Shown piece by piece: positions 22,047 through 31,848 of a DNA stretch of 64,000 nt. The stretch is from Candidatus Sulfomarinibacteraceae bacterium (GTDB lineage Bacteria; Acidobacteriota; Thermoanaerobaculia; Thermoanaerobaculales; Sulfomarinibacteraceae), in NCBI GenBank assembly GCA_963796455.1, contig CAWCLO010000005.1, positions 64,001-128,000 of the forward strand. Direction: 5' to 3'. Under the pieces are notes generated by a model. It was given only the letters and a program-made list of their open reading frames with translations. It searched no databases and was not told where the DNA came from. Position 1 is the stretch's first letter; every line of letters begins with the position of its first letter. The position numbers were made by a program, and so were the translations under genes.

Positions 22047-22399
22047 TGTCCAACGCCGCCACGAACTCAATCCTCGTTGCCCACTCAAAAGCCCTCGAAG
22101 CAGCAGGAATCGCGATCAAACTCGTGATGAGGGTTCCAGCTCCGCTGAAGTCCATAGCCGATCAGGTCATCCGGTCGGCAAGTTCGGTCCCCGCGAACCT
22201 GGCAGAAGGTCACGGCCGATTCGGTAGAGACCGATCGAACCACTGGAGAATCGCCTACGCCTCAGCCAAAGAGGTCGACAGCCACTTGAAGCTCCTCGTC
22301 CACGCTGGGGCGGTCAACCGGAATCGAGCCAGTGAAGCGATGAAGGCCTTCGATCAGGTCCGTGCCATGACCTGGAGGCTGTTGAACCCGACAGAGTGA
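22046..22399 (+). CDS. Four-helix-bundle protein, copy B
   Basis: Same motifs; 16 substitutions vs copy A and 7 vs copy C over 117 aa (manual count). Confidence 0.85.
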   Translation: MSNAATNSILVAHSKALEAAGIAIKLVMRVPAPLKSIADQVIRSASSVPANLAEGHGRFGRDRSNHWRIAYASAKEVDSHLKLLVHAGAVNRNRASEAMKAFDQVRAMTWRLLNPTE

Positions 22400-22571
22400 G
22401 TGCTGTTGCCTGTCGCTGACGCTGTCTGCCGTTCCCTGTCTCTGTCTGTCTCTGTCTCTGTCGCTGTCCCTGATCGCTGTCGGAAACTCTGTCTTGGACA
22501 CGAGTGATCCTGCATCCAGCATCCTGCATCCAGGAGCCAGCATCCAGAAAGCGGGCGGTTTGGAATGCCGG

Positions 22572-23576
22572 CTACGGAGAGGTCGAGTTGAGTCCGACGA
22601 ATGTTCCGTCGTTACGCCGACAGAGGATCCGCATCAGGGTGGCAAAACGCACACCGGTATGTTCTCCGGCACCGGCCACCATGAAAACCGTCGGAAATCC
22701 GATGGCGTGAATCCGCACCTTCCGTTTGCCGTCGCGACCGGTGGTGTTGAGGTCGTCAACCGTTCGCACGACGCTGTCGATCGATGGGCCGGTGAACTCG
22801 TCGCCCAGGACGTAAATTGAAATACGGTGATTGGGATTGGCAAAGGTCCGGATGGCGCGGGTGATGCCTTCGACCGGACTGGAGTTGGAAAAGACGCTCC
22901 AAGAACGTAAGCGCGAGATCACCGCCTTGCGCCGGCCGGGGGTGTCTGGGATCCATTTTCCGGCATATTGCGAGTACATGTACTGCCCCATGTCGTTCAT
23001 GATCTGCATGCCTTTGACCTTGGGGTACGTGTCCAGCACCTGCGTCATCTTCTCCACCACCGCAGGCCACGCATGGTGATACATCGAACCGGATGTGTCG
23101 ATCACGAAAATGATGTACTCGCTGTCGACCGGGATACCCCCCACCGCAGCGTCCCGTTGTCGCCGCATCTGGCTCTGGTCGAGCAAGCGCCGCATCTCTT
23201 CGGTCAGATCCTGTTGTGCCGCCAGCATCCGGCCCTCGAGGATGTCCTGAACCTCGGAGAGCTGTGAGCTGGCGGCGTACTCACCACGAATTTCAGAGAG
23301 ATCACCGCGGAGGCGGGCGATCCCCTCCTGTTCGATCGAAACCTGTTGCTGGCGGGTGCGGAGCCTGCGATCGAGAATTGCTGTTTCGCCACGAATCTCG
23401 AAAATTTCCTCTTCGAGCCGGGCGATCAAACTGTCGAGATCGATCCGAGCATCCTCGATCTTTTGCGGCTCACCGAGTTTGGTCAACACCAGCAGGAGCA
23501 CGATGGCGCCGAAGCCGCAACACACGACATCCAGAAAGGACAGCGAGAAAACCTCGAATTCGCGGCGTCTTCTCAT
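22572..23576 (-). CDS. ExbD-like N-terminal TM (SFLDVV..GFG) + coiled coil + vWA domain protein
   Basis: TM containing conserved Asp; MIDAS motif DTSGS; LGDEF. Confidence 0.75.
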   Translation of the reverse strand: MRRRREFEVFSLSFLDVVCCGFGAIVLLLVLTKLGEPQKIEDARIDLDSLIARLEEEIFEIRGETAILDRRLRTRQQQVSIEQEGIARLRGDLSEIRGEYAASSQLSEVQDILEGRMLAAQQDLTEEMRRLLDQSQMRRQRDAAVGGIPVDSEYIIFVIDTSGSMYHHAWPAVVEKMTQVLDTYPKVKGMQIMNDMGQYMYSQYAGKWIPDTPGRRKAVISRLRSWSVFSNSSPVEGITRAIRTFANPNHRISIYVLGDEFTGPSIDSVVRTVDDLNTTGRDGKRKVRIHAIGFPTVFMVAGAGEHTGVRFATLMRILCRRNDGTFVGLNSTSP

Positions 23577-24664
23577 GGCCAGTCCCTGGCGATGCTCATG
23601 AAGGAACCCCGGCTGCGCATCGCGACCTTCCAGAACTCGCTGGCGGCCAGGGGATCTCCTTCCATCGGGAAGAGGATCACGTTGACCGGGACGCCGCTCG
23701 GTAGTTGTTCCAATGCGCGGCTGAAAAGCCGCAGACGTTGTTGAGGAGAAATGGTCGTCGAGCGGGCCGCTTTGTTGCCGACCGTCGGAAGACCATCGGT
23801 CAATACGATCACATTGTCGGGACGCGGGTTCATCTGAGAGGCGACGCCAAAGGCGTGGAAAAGGCTGGTTCCCTTCCCGGGAACGATCGCGCGAAGGTTG
23901 CGGACGGCGCCGTCCAGCACCTTGCGATCGCTGCCATCGAGCCAGGTGCCACCGGTGTCGGGGAGCACCGGGGCCGCCTCGGTATTGAAGCTGTAGATCT
24001 GGAACCGGCTGTCGCGCGGAATCTGGGTCGTCAGCCAGTCAACGGTCGCCAGATTCTGCTGCCACTTGGCCGCCCGTACCTTTTCGTTGTCGGGCAGGTT
24101 CCGGCGCCGGATCACGTTGACCAGGGTACTGCCGAGCATGGAAGCCGAGGCGTCCACCAGAAAGAGGATCCGTTTTCCGCCGACCTTGAGACCGGTCAGA
24201 TATTGCCGGTCGCCATCGCCGACAAAGGTCCGCACCCTGTCTCCCGGAGTCTCTTGCGATGGCAGGGAAGCGGAGAGGCGGCGGGCCTCCTCCTCCAGGG
24301 AGCGGAGATCGGTTTGGAGCCGGTTGATGTGCTCCCGACGGGCCAGCGTTGAGGCATCGAATGTCGCGAGCTCGACCCGGATCTCCTCGAGAGCCTCGAT
24401 CAAACGGCGGGCGAGACCCTGGGCCAGAGCCCGCTCCTCGTCGGTCTCTCGGACCGAGTTGCGCAGCTCCACCAGATTTCGATGACCCTCCAGAACCTCG
24501 CGCTCGAGGCGGTTGACCTCTCCCTGAAGATCAGAAGTGACCGTGGCCTCGTGGTCGCGAACCGCCCCGTTGATGATCATGAAGAGCAGAATGACCGCCC
24601 CCAGGCCGCAGGTCATCGCGTCCAGGAAGGAGAGCCCGATCGGGTTGACGCTTCGGGTCACCAT
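23573..24664 (-). CDS. ExbD-like N-terminal TM (SFLDAM..GLG) + coiled coil + vWA domain protein
   Basis: TM with Asp; MIDAS DASAS; LTDGLP. Confidence 0.75.
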   Translation of the reverse strand: MVTRSVNPIGLSFLDAMTCGLGAVILLFMIINGAVRDHEATVTSDLQGEVNRLEREVLEGHRNLVELRNSVRETDEERALAQGLARRLIEALEEIRVELATFDASTLARREHINRLQTDLRSLEEEARRLSASLPSQETPGDRVRTFVGDGDRQYLTGLKVGGKRILFLVDASASMLGSTLVNVIRRRNLPDNEKVRAAKWQQNLATVDWLTTQIPRDSRFQIYSFNTEAAPVLPDTGGTWLDGSDRKVLDGAVRNLRAIVPGKGTSLFHAFGVASQMNPRPDNVIVLTDGLPTVGNKAARSTTISPQQRLRLFSRALEQLPSGVPVNVILFPMEGDPLAASEFWKVAMRSRGSFMSIARDWP

Positions 24665-24665
24665 C

Positions 24666-26021
24666 TCACTTCGCCAGCGTGACGAGCAGGATTTCGTTGG
24701 AACCGACTCGGAGGCGGTCCCCCGTCACCACCTCGGTGGGACCTCTGATCGCTTCGCCGTTGATGAAAACCTGGGCGTTGGGCGGAGCCTCGATGATGGC
24801 CCTGCCGCGATCGATGCGGACCCGGGGCAGGTGGCCGATTTCAGGGTCGGAACCGTCAGTCGGAGCAGTCTCGTTGCTCGCGGTGAGACCCAGCGCCTGG
24901 CTCGACAGTTGATGGGCGACACCGTTGATGACGACGTGGGTCGGCACATTTTCGTGCGCGGCATTCCCGCTCTGCCGATCCACAGCGACCGTCATAGGGG
25001 CCGGTTTCTTTGCATCGTATCCGGGAAGCCGGGTGATCAGCCGCAGCTTTGGACCTTCCGAGCAGATGATCTCGGCCCAGTTGAGCGCCGTGCTGCCGGC
25101 GGCAGCCGGATGGAGGGCGACGATTTCCATATCTTCGGATTCAGAAAGGTGGGCCGCCAGCCCCGGCAAAGCCGCCGCGCGATCACCGAGGAGCAGGGTG
25201 ATGGGCCCTTCCTCGCGGTTTCGGCTGATCAGGTTGCGCACGATGTCGTACGGGTGGGATGCGGCTTCGACCAATTCGCGGCGCTCGATCTCGATGGAGT
25301 GGCGCCGGCCTCCCGATGAGATCGCCACTTCGGCCGACTGCCGGTCGGCGAGAGTCGCCAGGTGCGTATGGAGCTGGATATAGAGGATCTGTTCGGTGGC
25401 GGCCTGGTGGAGCGGGTCGAAACGGGTCGTGCGGACAAAATGCCGAGAAATGGCGCGGGCCCACAGGTCGTAAAGATTGACCAGGCCGACTTGGGACTCT
25501 TCGACAACGGACCGGCGCACGACCTCGTCGCCATGTTCGAGAACCGTCAGGACAGCACGGTGGAGATGAAAATCGAGGTGGAGGCAATGGCGCCGGGTTT
25601 CACGGTCGGCGCATGAAGCGACGGCCACATCCACGAGGCCCCGAGCGGGCATCGTGCAGGCCTGGGCGATTCCGAGAAGAAGACCGAGTTGTTCGCCGGA
25701 GAAGGTCCCGGGCACCGCCATGATGACCTCGTCCGCCGTGCGCCCGGTCGCGTCCCAGATCTGCGACAAATGAGCGTGAGCCAGGTCCGCGGTCCTGAGG
25801 TGACCAGGGTAGGGACGTCCGAGTTCCCGGGTGCTGAGTTGCTGCCAGAAGCGGCTGTGCAGACGGCGGGGTTTGAGCCGCGCGTTGCTTGCTGCATCGA
25901 GCCCGATCTCGAGCTGATCGCCATCGGAGATGGCGAGACCTGGGTTCGCCAGCGAGACCTTGCCGCGGCTGCTCACCGTGACGATCCCGGAATCCACCAA
26001 CTCGAGGGCCAGCCGTTCCAT
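24666..26021 (-). CDS. Degenerate Hsp70/actin-like domain + C-terminal FHA-like domain protein
   Basis: VIMAVPGTFSGEQL..L..A..C....GLVD.AVA resembles the Hsp70 NBD; C-terminal VFING...VTGDRLRVG resembles FHA. Confidence 0.55.
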   Translation of the reverse strand: MERLALELVDSGIVTVSSRGKVSLANPGLAISDGDQLEIGLDAASNARLKPRRLHSRFWQQLSTRELGRPYPGHLRTADLAHAHLSQIWDATGRTADEVIMAVPGTFSGEQLGLLLGIAQACTMPARGLVDVAVASCADRETRRHCLHLDFHLHRAVLTVLEHGDEVVRRSVVEESQVGLVNLYDLWARAISRHFVRTTRFDPLHQAATEQILYIQLHTHLATLADRQSAEVAISSGGRRHSIEIERRELVEAASHPYDIVRNLISRNREEGPITLLLGDRAAALPGLAAHLSESEDMEIVALHPAAAGSTALNWAEIICSEGPKLRLITRLPGYDAKKPAPMTVAVDRQSGNAAHENVPTHVVINGVAHQLSSQALGLTASNETAPTDGSDPEIGHLPRVRIDRGRAIIEAPPNAQVFINGEAIRGPTEVVTGDRLRVGSNEILLVTLAK

Positions 26022-26025
26022 TTGC

Positions 26026-26853
26026 TTAGATGCCCCCACGCAGATCTGCTGATGCGGCGCCGGCCTGGAGATGGCGAATCAGGTGGGTGTCGACATAGCT
26101 TTCGGTATCGAGCACCAGCCGCTCCTGCCGCAGCTGGAGCTGGTGGAGCAGAAACATCAGGACGATGGAGATCAGGAGGGCGATGAAGGTCGAGTTGAAG
26201 GCGATGCCGAGGTTGCGGGTGACACCGGTGATGTCTCCCTCGACGGCGCGGTGGGCCTGGCCGAGAGCGGTCCCGATGCCCCGCACCGTTCCGATGAACC
26301 CGATCGAAGGAATCGCCCACGCGATGTAGCGCACCATGGCGAGTTCTGAGTCGAGGCGTTCCGACTCGGTGTCGGCGGCGGCGCGAGCAGTGTCGGATGC
26401 GTCCTGGATGCTGCCGGTGGCACCGAAGCGGTGGAGGGCGGCGAGCAGCGCGCGCGGCAGCAGCAGGCGTTTTTTGCCCGTCGGCAGCGCCTCGATCTGG
26501 CGTGCGTATTCCCGAGAGTCTTCGGGCAGGATGCGCACTCCATCGGCGACCGGGACCAGTTCGTCTTCGAGGAGCTGGCTCTCCCGCGCGGTGGTGATGC
26601 CCTTTGAGGCCATGATCGCGATGGCCCACAGCATGAGGACAAAACAGGCCTCTTGTTCGAAATCGCGAACGATGACCCACACCGATCGTTCCTGGATGTA
26701 CTCGGGATCGGCTGCCATCCGGGCCGATTGTTCGGCCATGAAGGTGTCCGCTTTGGGTCTCACAATCGTCACGTAGACCGCATGAACGATGATCAGGGCG
26801 ACCACCAGCGAAGCGAGCTGAAAGACAAAATCGACGGAATCATTTCGACGCAT
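26026..26853 (-). CDS. MotA/TolQ/ExbB proton-channel family protein
   Basis: AIPSIGFIGTVRGI and LGIAFNSTFIAL signature helices. Confidence 0.9.
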   Translation of the reverse strand: MRRNDSVDFVFQLASLVVALIIVHAVYVTIVRPKADTFMAEQSARMAADPEYIQERSVWVIVRDFEQEACFVLMLWAIAIMASKGITTARESQLLEDELVPVADGVRILPEDSREYARQIEALPTGKKRLLLPRALLAALHRFGATGSIQDASDTARAAADTESERLDSELAMVRYIAWAIPSIGFIGTVRGIGTALGQAHRAVEGDITGVTRNLGIAFNSTFIALLISIVLMFLLHQLQLRQERLVLDTESYVDTHLIRHLQAGAASADLRGGI

Positions 26854-26860
26854 GTTGGCC

Positions 26861-27064
26861 TCAGATATCAGTCGGAAACGCGACCGCGCTGTCCGCAGGT
26901 AGCTTTTCGGTTGGTTGAAAATCTGGCAGTGGGGTCGCTCCGGTTTCCGTGCCCTGGGGCTCGGCTGCCGGTGAAGCACCGGCGGCCACCAGCCAGCCCG
27001 AAGCCAGTATGAGGGCCGCGGCCAAAACTGTGAGAAGGACCCGGTATTTCGTGATGGCTCTCAT
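26861..27064 (-). CDS. Small exported protein ending AVAFPTDI
   Basis: Signal-peptide-like N-terminus; tightly packed in the operon. Confidence 0.6.
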   Translation of the reverse strand: MRAITKYRVLLTVLAAALILASGWLVAAGASPAAEPQGTETGATPLPDFQPTEKLPADSAVAFPTDI

Positions 27065-27077
27065 TTTTCTCTCTCTT

Positions 27078-29504
27078 TCATTGCGCATTGCGTGCGATCC
27101 GAAAACCGACGTCCGGGCGCGCCGTGTCTCCGTAATCGCGATAGCTGAGCCGGAGTTCGGTCACCGCGGTGTCCATCCAGCTCGCGCCGCGGATCACGTG
27201 GTAGGCACCGGTGGTCGGACCTGATGGGTCCTTTTCGACGGTACCTGGAGCTGTCGGTGTGAGTGCGTAGAGATCCTGGACCCATTCGGAGACGTTGCCT
27301 CCTAGATTGAATACTCCGATGGCGTTGGCGCGAAAGCTGCCGACCGGGGCCGTGGCGGGATAACCGTCACGATAATCGGGGAGCGATCCACCGAGGGTGC
27401 CGGCCGCCGAGAGATCACCATAGTTTCCGCCTTCGAGCGGAATCGGCAGCGTGTTGCCCCAGCCGTATTTCTGGCCATCAGCGGTGGACGCCGAACGGGC
27501 GGCGAGGGCCCATTCCGCCTCAGTGGGCAGGCGATAGCCGTTCGGCATCGGCGTCCGCGCCACGAGGGTTCCCCCGCGTTCGATATAGACCGGCGGCAGA
27601 CCCGCCTTCTGGCTCAACCAGTTGCAGTAGCGGGCGGCGTCCTGCCACGTTACGTTGACCACCGGGTGGTGATCGATCTCCAGATTGTTGCCGCCATAGG
27701 CCCCGGAGAGATGGGAGCTCTTCCATTCGCGAAATTGTCGATTCGAAACCTCGCTGACCGCCAGATAAAAGGCCCTGGTGATCTCGATCTCACGCAAGAC
27801 CTCGTTGGCACGACGACCGGGCTCTCGACGAGAAGCACCCATCGTCATCCGACCCGGCCCGACCATGACCATCTCCACACCCTGGGGAGATTTCACTGTC
27901 TTGGGGAGACCGGCCGGTCCCTCGAGGCGAAGCTCGGCGCGCACGGACTGGGTGATCCCGACCTTTGGCGTGACCACGGTGCGAAACGGAACGAACCCGT
28001 CGAGCCGGATCACGATCTCGTGGGGCCGCGTGGCGAGCTCAAGTCTCTGCTCGGTCGTGCCCGAGGGCACACCATCGATCAATACTTCGGCCTGGGGTGG
28101 TTGGGAACTGATGACCACTTCGCCGGTCAAAACTTCGAGTGAGGCGCGAAGGTCGCTCAGCTGTCCGGGACCAACGCTGACCGTTTTTTGGAATGTTGAA
28201 TGGCCCGCCAGCGAAACCTTGACCTCGTGTGGAGTGTCCGGTGTCACCGCGATCTGGAGCGGGGTCGTGCCGCGAAATTCACGATCGATGGTGACTGTGG
28301 CGCCTTCGGGTTCGGATCGGACGGCCAGCCGGCCATCCACCGGTACGAGCCGCAGTGTGCCGAGATCGACGGGTTCGCCGGTCGTGATCTGCACCCGCCG
28401 GCTGGTTGATTTGAAACCGTTCCGCCGGACTTCGATGACCCGAGGCCCGGATTCCACCTCGAAGGAACCAGGTGTCGTGCCGATCGATTGACCGTCCACC
28501 AGAACGTTGGCTCCGGGTGGGTTCGAGGCGATGATGACCGGCGCCCAGTTCGGTTCGAGATCGACCTCGAGCAAAATCGGGGCGGCGCCGGGTTCGACTG
28601 AGAGGTCGGTCGCGTGGGGGAGGTGTCGCAGGGCACGAAGCTCGATGCTGTGCGACCCGGCGCTGAGCGGATGGCTCTCGATGGGGGCCGTGCCGACTTC
28701 AATTCCGTCGATGATGACGACCGCGTCGGCCACCGGGCGAGACCGAATGCTCAGCATGCCTCCGAGCGGTTGCATCTCGAACTGCACGAGAGCCGGTGTT
28801 TCGGGGCCAACGACGAGCGCGGCCCTCAGATCGAGATGACCGGGGTGTTCGGCCCGCACCGTGTACGTACCGGGTCGGAGCAGGTATCTGCCGCCGATTT
28901 TGAGCGCCGGGCCACCTTCGATGCTGATGTTCTCGGCATTCGGGTTCGTTTCGATCCGGACCGCGTGGGCTGTCAGGACAAACCAGGCGCCGGCCGCCAG
29001 AACCGTGATCACGGCGAGTGCGGCGATCAAGCGTGGCCGGAGACGCAGACCTCGGCGCGGCGGTGGGAGCTGCCACCGGGGCTCGAAGGGGGTCGGCGTG
29101 ATTTCCATCTCCCCGTGTTCGTTTGCCACCTGGGTTGATGATTTCAGCCGCGGTTCTTCAGTCGGTTTGGAAACGACGGTCAGCAAACAGTCGCCTTCGT
29201 TCAGGCGGAATTGGATCCGGGTCGATTCGACGGCCAGTTCATCACCATCGGTTATCCATCTCGACGTGGTGAGAGGGATCCCGTTGATCGATACGAGGGG
29301 GGCGGAACGGGAGGAGTCAGCGGCTTGCAGAAAGAGGTCGCCGTTCTCCTGGCCGACAAAGGCTACGGCCGAAGCCGACTGGATACTCGAGAGGACGACA
29401 TTCGATCCCTCACCTCCGATGGACAGCGGGAGATCGTCGGCAACATAGGTTTTGCGCTGACCGTCGTGGACGACGGTGACAGTGTTCACAGGGCCTCCCG
29501 ACAC
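27078..29504 (-). CDS. FHA-like + TM + multiple PEGA + SUMF1/FGE-sulfatase (C-type lectin fold) protein
   Basis: Repeated S.P.GA.V.IDG PEGA units; HPVVNVTWQDA..YCNWLS, YRLPTEAEW, GNVSEW, GFRIAR. Confidence 0.85.
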   Translation of the reverse strand: MSGGPVNTVTVVHDGQRKTYVADDLPLSIGGEGSNVVLSSIQSASAVAFVGQENGDLFLQAADSSRSAPLVSINGIPLTTSRWITDGDELAVESTRIQFRLNEGDCLLTVVSKPTEEPRLKSSTQVANEHGEMEITPTPFEPRWQLPPPRRGLRLRPRLIAALAVITVLAAGAWFVLTAHAVRIETNPNAENISIEGGPALKIGGRYLLRPGTYTVRAEHPGHLDLRAALVVGPETPALVQFEMQPLGGMLSIRSRPVADAVVIIDGIEVGTAPIESHPLSAGSHSIELRALRHLPHATDLSVEPGAAPILLEVDLEPNWAPVIIASNPPGANVLVDGQSIGTTPGSFEVESGPRVIEVRRNGFKSTSRRVQITTGEPVDLGTLRLVPVDGRLAVRSEPEGATVTIDREFRGTTPLQIAVTPDTPHEVKVSLAGHSTFQKTVSVGPGQLSDLRASLEVLTGEVVISSQPPQAEVLIDGVPSGTTEQRLELATRPHEIVIRLDGFVPFRTVVTPKVGITQSVRAELRLEGPAGLPKTVKSPQGVEMVMVGPGRMTMGASRREPGRRANEVLREIEITRAFYLAVSEVSNRQFREWKSSHLSGAYGGNNLEIDHHPVVNVTWQDAARYCNWLSQKAGLPPVYIERGGTLVARTPMPNGYRLPTEAEWALAARSASTADGQKYGWGNTLPIPLEGGNYGDLSAAGTLGGSLPDYRDGYPATAPVGSFRANAIGVFNLGGNVSEWVQDLYALTPTAPGTVEKDPSGPTTGAYHVIRGASWMDTAVTELRLSYRDYGDTARPDVGFRIARNAQ

Positions 29505-30565
29505 TGGACCACCACCGGTTTCTGGGACGAATTCGGGGTCACCTGAAGCTGAACGCGCACGTCCCGAAAGCCATCTCGGCTCCCGACAACGGTATAGGTT
29601 CCGGGTCTCAGATCCAACTCCCGGCGAACGAATGTGCCCTGCCGACCGACCTTGTAAATCACCACATCGGTCAGATTGTCACTTTCGATCACGACTCGAA
29701 TCGGTCGTGAAGCGACATCAACGACTTCCTGCAGCCTTTTGATCTGAGCCTCGAGCCGGGGACCGGGCGGATTGACCGCACGGGCTTCATCGAGCAGATC
29801 GTTCACCTCTTCAAAAACCTTGGCCGAGGAGAGTCGAACGGGATTTCGCAGGTGGTATTCGAGTTTTTCGTCGAGTTTGGATCGGGTGCTCGAACGGTCG
29901 AAACCGGTGAGGGCCGAGGCGGCCGCGGGATCGATTGCCAGTATTTCGGTGTAGGTCTTTTCCGCTTCCTGCCACCGTTCTGCCTTTTCGAGATCCGCGG
30001 CCAATCGAATTCCTGCGGCGATTGCATCGCGCCGTTCTCCGGCGGCGACTCTTGCGAGGCCGTCCGCGACCTCAGGTGCATTCGGCCGCAGTCGGGAGGC
30101 GGTTTCAAACGCGGTGCCGGCCTCCTGCCACTGTCTCCGTTCGAGGGCCTCCAGGCCCTCGGACATTGCGCGGGCGTATGCCCGTTCGTCTTCAGACGGA
30201 CCGCGTGTCGGCGCTGCGGGGCGATAAGAGGGGGGCGGGGTGTCGCGGACAACCGGTTGCTGCGGCGGTGTGGTGGGAATCGGTGGAACGTGCGCTGGAC
30301 CGGCCGTAGGCTCCATCGGTGTCGGTGCCTGGAGTTCGATGTTGTCGGCTGCGCTGGATGTTGTCCGACCCTGCCATTTCGGAAGGAGAAGAAAGACGGC
30401 CGCGAGAACGGCAAAGAGAACGCCAAAAAGGGCGAAAGCGGCGGATCTTGAATAGAACCACGAACCTTGGCCTCCAGGGGATGGCCCATCCGGCGATCTT
30501 GGTTCACGGGCAGCAGGTATTCGCGGCGGAGGCTGCAGCCGCGGCGGCCGCTCACGGTCTCCCAT
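29486..30565 (-). CDS. Single-pass membrane protein with Pro-rich linker and TPR-like helices
   Basis: TM near the N-terminus; TPR-like segments; C-terminal LRPGTYTVVGSRDGFRDVR beta domain. Confidence 0.65.
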   Translation of the reverse strand: MGDRERPPRLQPPPRIPAAREPRSPDGPSPGGQGSWFYSRSAAFALFGVLFAVLAAVFLLLPKWQGRTTSSAADNIELQAPTPMEPTAGPAHVPPIPTTPPQQPVVRDTPPPSYRPAAPTRGPSEDERAYARAMSEGLEALERRQWQEAGTAFETASRLRPNAPEVADGLARVAAGERRDAIAAGIRLAADLEKAERWQEAEKTYTEILAIDPAAASALTGFDRSSTRSKLDEKLEYHLRNPVRLSSAKVFEEVNDLLDEARAVNPPGPRLEAQIKRLQEVVDVASRPIRVVIESDNLTDVVIYKVGRQGTFVRRELDLRPGTYTVVGSRDGFRDVRVQLQVTPNSSQKPVVVQCREAL

Positions 30566-30568
30566 GGC

Positions 30569-31847
30569 TTAGCGGGAATCCTGTTGCAGCCGGCCTGAGG
30601 TGGAGCCTTCGCTTTCAGATTCCACTGCAGCCGGTTGGTTGGGATCCTGCGGAAAACCGGTTTCGGTGGTCCAGATCTCCTGCAGGAGGCGCCGCCATTC
30701 CTGATACTGGGTTTCCGCCGTACCGGTCAGTCGCAGGGTCTGTCCCTCGACCTGGATCACAATCGGCTGCAGTTCGGTCTCCACCGAGCCGCCGAGTTCG
30801 CGCAGCGCTTCGGCGTGGATCTTTGCCTCTTTGGAAGTTCCGATGCCGGCGTGGATCGCCGCCATTCCGCCGACCACCGCGGCGTCGCGGACCACCGCAG
30901 CAGCCTGTGATCCGGGATCGGCCAGAATTGCTCCGAGGATGGCCAGACCGCCAAGGATCTTCTGTGTCATGGCCTTGCGTTTGAGTGCTCGATAGGCCTT
31001 TTCCTCCTCGAAGGTGTACTTGCGCCAACTGTCGTAGGGCCCAGCCATCTGCTCGAAATAGTTGGCGTAGTACTGATCGAGGGTGTCGACGAAGAGGTTT
31101 TCGCTGCCGCGAATGCCGTCGATGCGTCGCATCATCGGATCCTCGCGCGCCGGAAGCCGGGTTGTCGTGACGCGTCCCTTTTTGTTGGTCGTCAGATATT
31201 CCTGGAACGGAACCGGGGCGACATCGGCCGCGAACTGCATCCGGGACACCTGTCGTATGGCCGTCACGTGGTGGGTTTTGAGTTTCTGCCGCGCCTTGAG
31301 AAGGTCGTTGGAAATTTCGTTGTAAATCGACTGGAAGGGGTCGATCTTGCCTCCCTCAGAGCTCAAATAGACGAGTTCATCCGCTTCCGCCCGGTAGCGC
31401 TCCGTCGAGCCACTCGCGACCGGTGGCGTCGACGGCCCGGACGTCGAGAGCGAGCCGCATGCCGGTCGACAGGAGGATCGTCGCGGAGACCTTGAGATCC
31501 GTGAACCCCTGGTCTCCGGGCAGGACTCTCACCGCGCCCCACTGGCCGGTGGCCTGCATGGTGTTTTTGAGTTGGATGGCGAGAAACCGGGACTCCGCCT
31601 CGCGAAGCTCCGGAAAGACATCGTCGGGCACCGGTTGACCTGCCGGTGGCAATCCGGGATCGAAGACCTTGATCCCGACGTCGAGCAACTGGTCCTGCGG
31701 GATTTCACCGGTGGCCTGAATCGCCTGGATGGTCTGGGAGCCGGAGGTTGACGATCCTTGGGACGCACAGCCGGCGCCGATCAAAAGGATCGTGAATACT
31801 CCGAGAGCCCTTGAATATCGACCTGCCTTGATCGGAAACCCCGTCAT
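30569..31847 (-). CDS. Lipoprotein, split by a +1 frameshift near 31403
   Basis: Lipobox GAGC; removing one base joins ...EWLD to ERYRAEADELVYLSSE... of the downstream ORF. Confidence 0.65.
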
Positions 31848-31848
31848 T

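Larger units (their letters stand above)
21644..22508 (+). mobile_element. 4HB repeat element, full copy B
   Basis: ATCACTGCTGTCCAAAACAG (21644-21663) vs CTGTCTTGGACACGAGTGAT (22489-22508), a 17/20 inverted match; hairpin leader; 4HB gene. Confidence 0.8.

Noticed and set aside
21946..22227. 93-aa MGGRCQGQAGC ORF repeated in each element
   Set aside because: It overlaps the hairpin and the 4HB gene and has no RBS; its conservation is explained by nucleotide identity of the element.
19808..29504. Diversity-generating retroelement (Avd-like 4HB genes near a C-type-lectin/SUMF1 gene)
   Set aside because: No reverse transcriptase in the window, and I saw no template-repeat copy of the SUMF1 3' end with adenine-specific mismatches.
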